A stretch of DNA of 6,015 nt from a virus, in IMG/VR virus record IMGVR_UViG_3300020029_000084, positions 1 through 6,015 of that record; one strand, given 5' to 3'. The notes beneath the pieces are model-generated. The model saw only the letters and a program-made list of their open reading frames with translations, was not told the origin of the DNA and did no database searches. Positions 5,960 through 6,015 of this stretch are shown here, one piece after another (the stretch's first letter is position 1; each line of letters begins with the position of its first letter). The position numbers were made by a program, and so were the translations under genes.

Positions 5960-6015
5960 AAATATAAAAAGTTAAAGGTTATAAAATTTACAAATCTCGA
6001 CCCATTTACGGGAAA
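5895..6015. repeat. Right copy of the 121-nt terminal redundancy (identical to 1-121). It also contains the 3' end of the 85-aa ORF (5972-6015, same sequence as 78-121).
   Basis: Base-by-base identity with 1-121. Confidence 0.95.

Noticed and set aside
5895-6015. The 121-nt terminal direct repeat as a biological DTR/LTR or mobile-element end
   Set aside because: The gene content is that of a circular ssDNA microvirus, and ORFs continue seamlessly across the junction. The repeat is the expected overlap from linearising a circular assembly.

Overview
The window is one complete, circularly permuted genome of a small ssDNA phage of the family Microviridae (gokusho/alpa-like, not phiX-like). Bases 1-121 are identical to bases 5895-6015, so the unit genome is 5,894 nt and the ends are an assembly overlap of a circle. 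All credible genes are on the minus strand and tightly packed. In coding order they are the rolling-circle replication initiator VP4 (4354-5421), the major capsid protein VP1 (2536-4344), a 103-aa acidic protein (2212-2523), a 311-nt noncoding region, a 65-aa lipobox protein (1703-1900), the pilot/minor capsid protein VP2 (453-1700), a 117-nt noncoding region, and three small ORFan genes of 85, 97 and 69 aa that lead back into VP4. The most unusual feature is an 84-bp, GC-rich, perfectly identical direct repeat (353-436 and 1916-1999). It occupies both noncoding regions, folds into the same three-way-junction-like structure, and sits 15-17 nt upstream of a small ORF start each time. The two copies bracket the lipoprotein+VP2 module. 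The large noncoding region also holds several long hairpins and a phiX-ori-like ACTTGAT heptamer. No tRNA, rRNA, CRISPR array, integrase or transposase is visible. All functional calls rest on motif and architecture recognition by eye, since no database search was possible.
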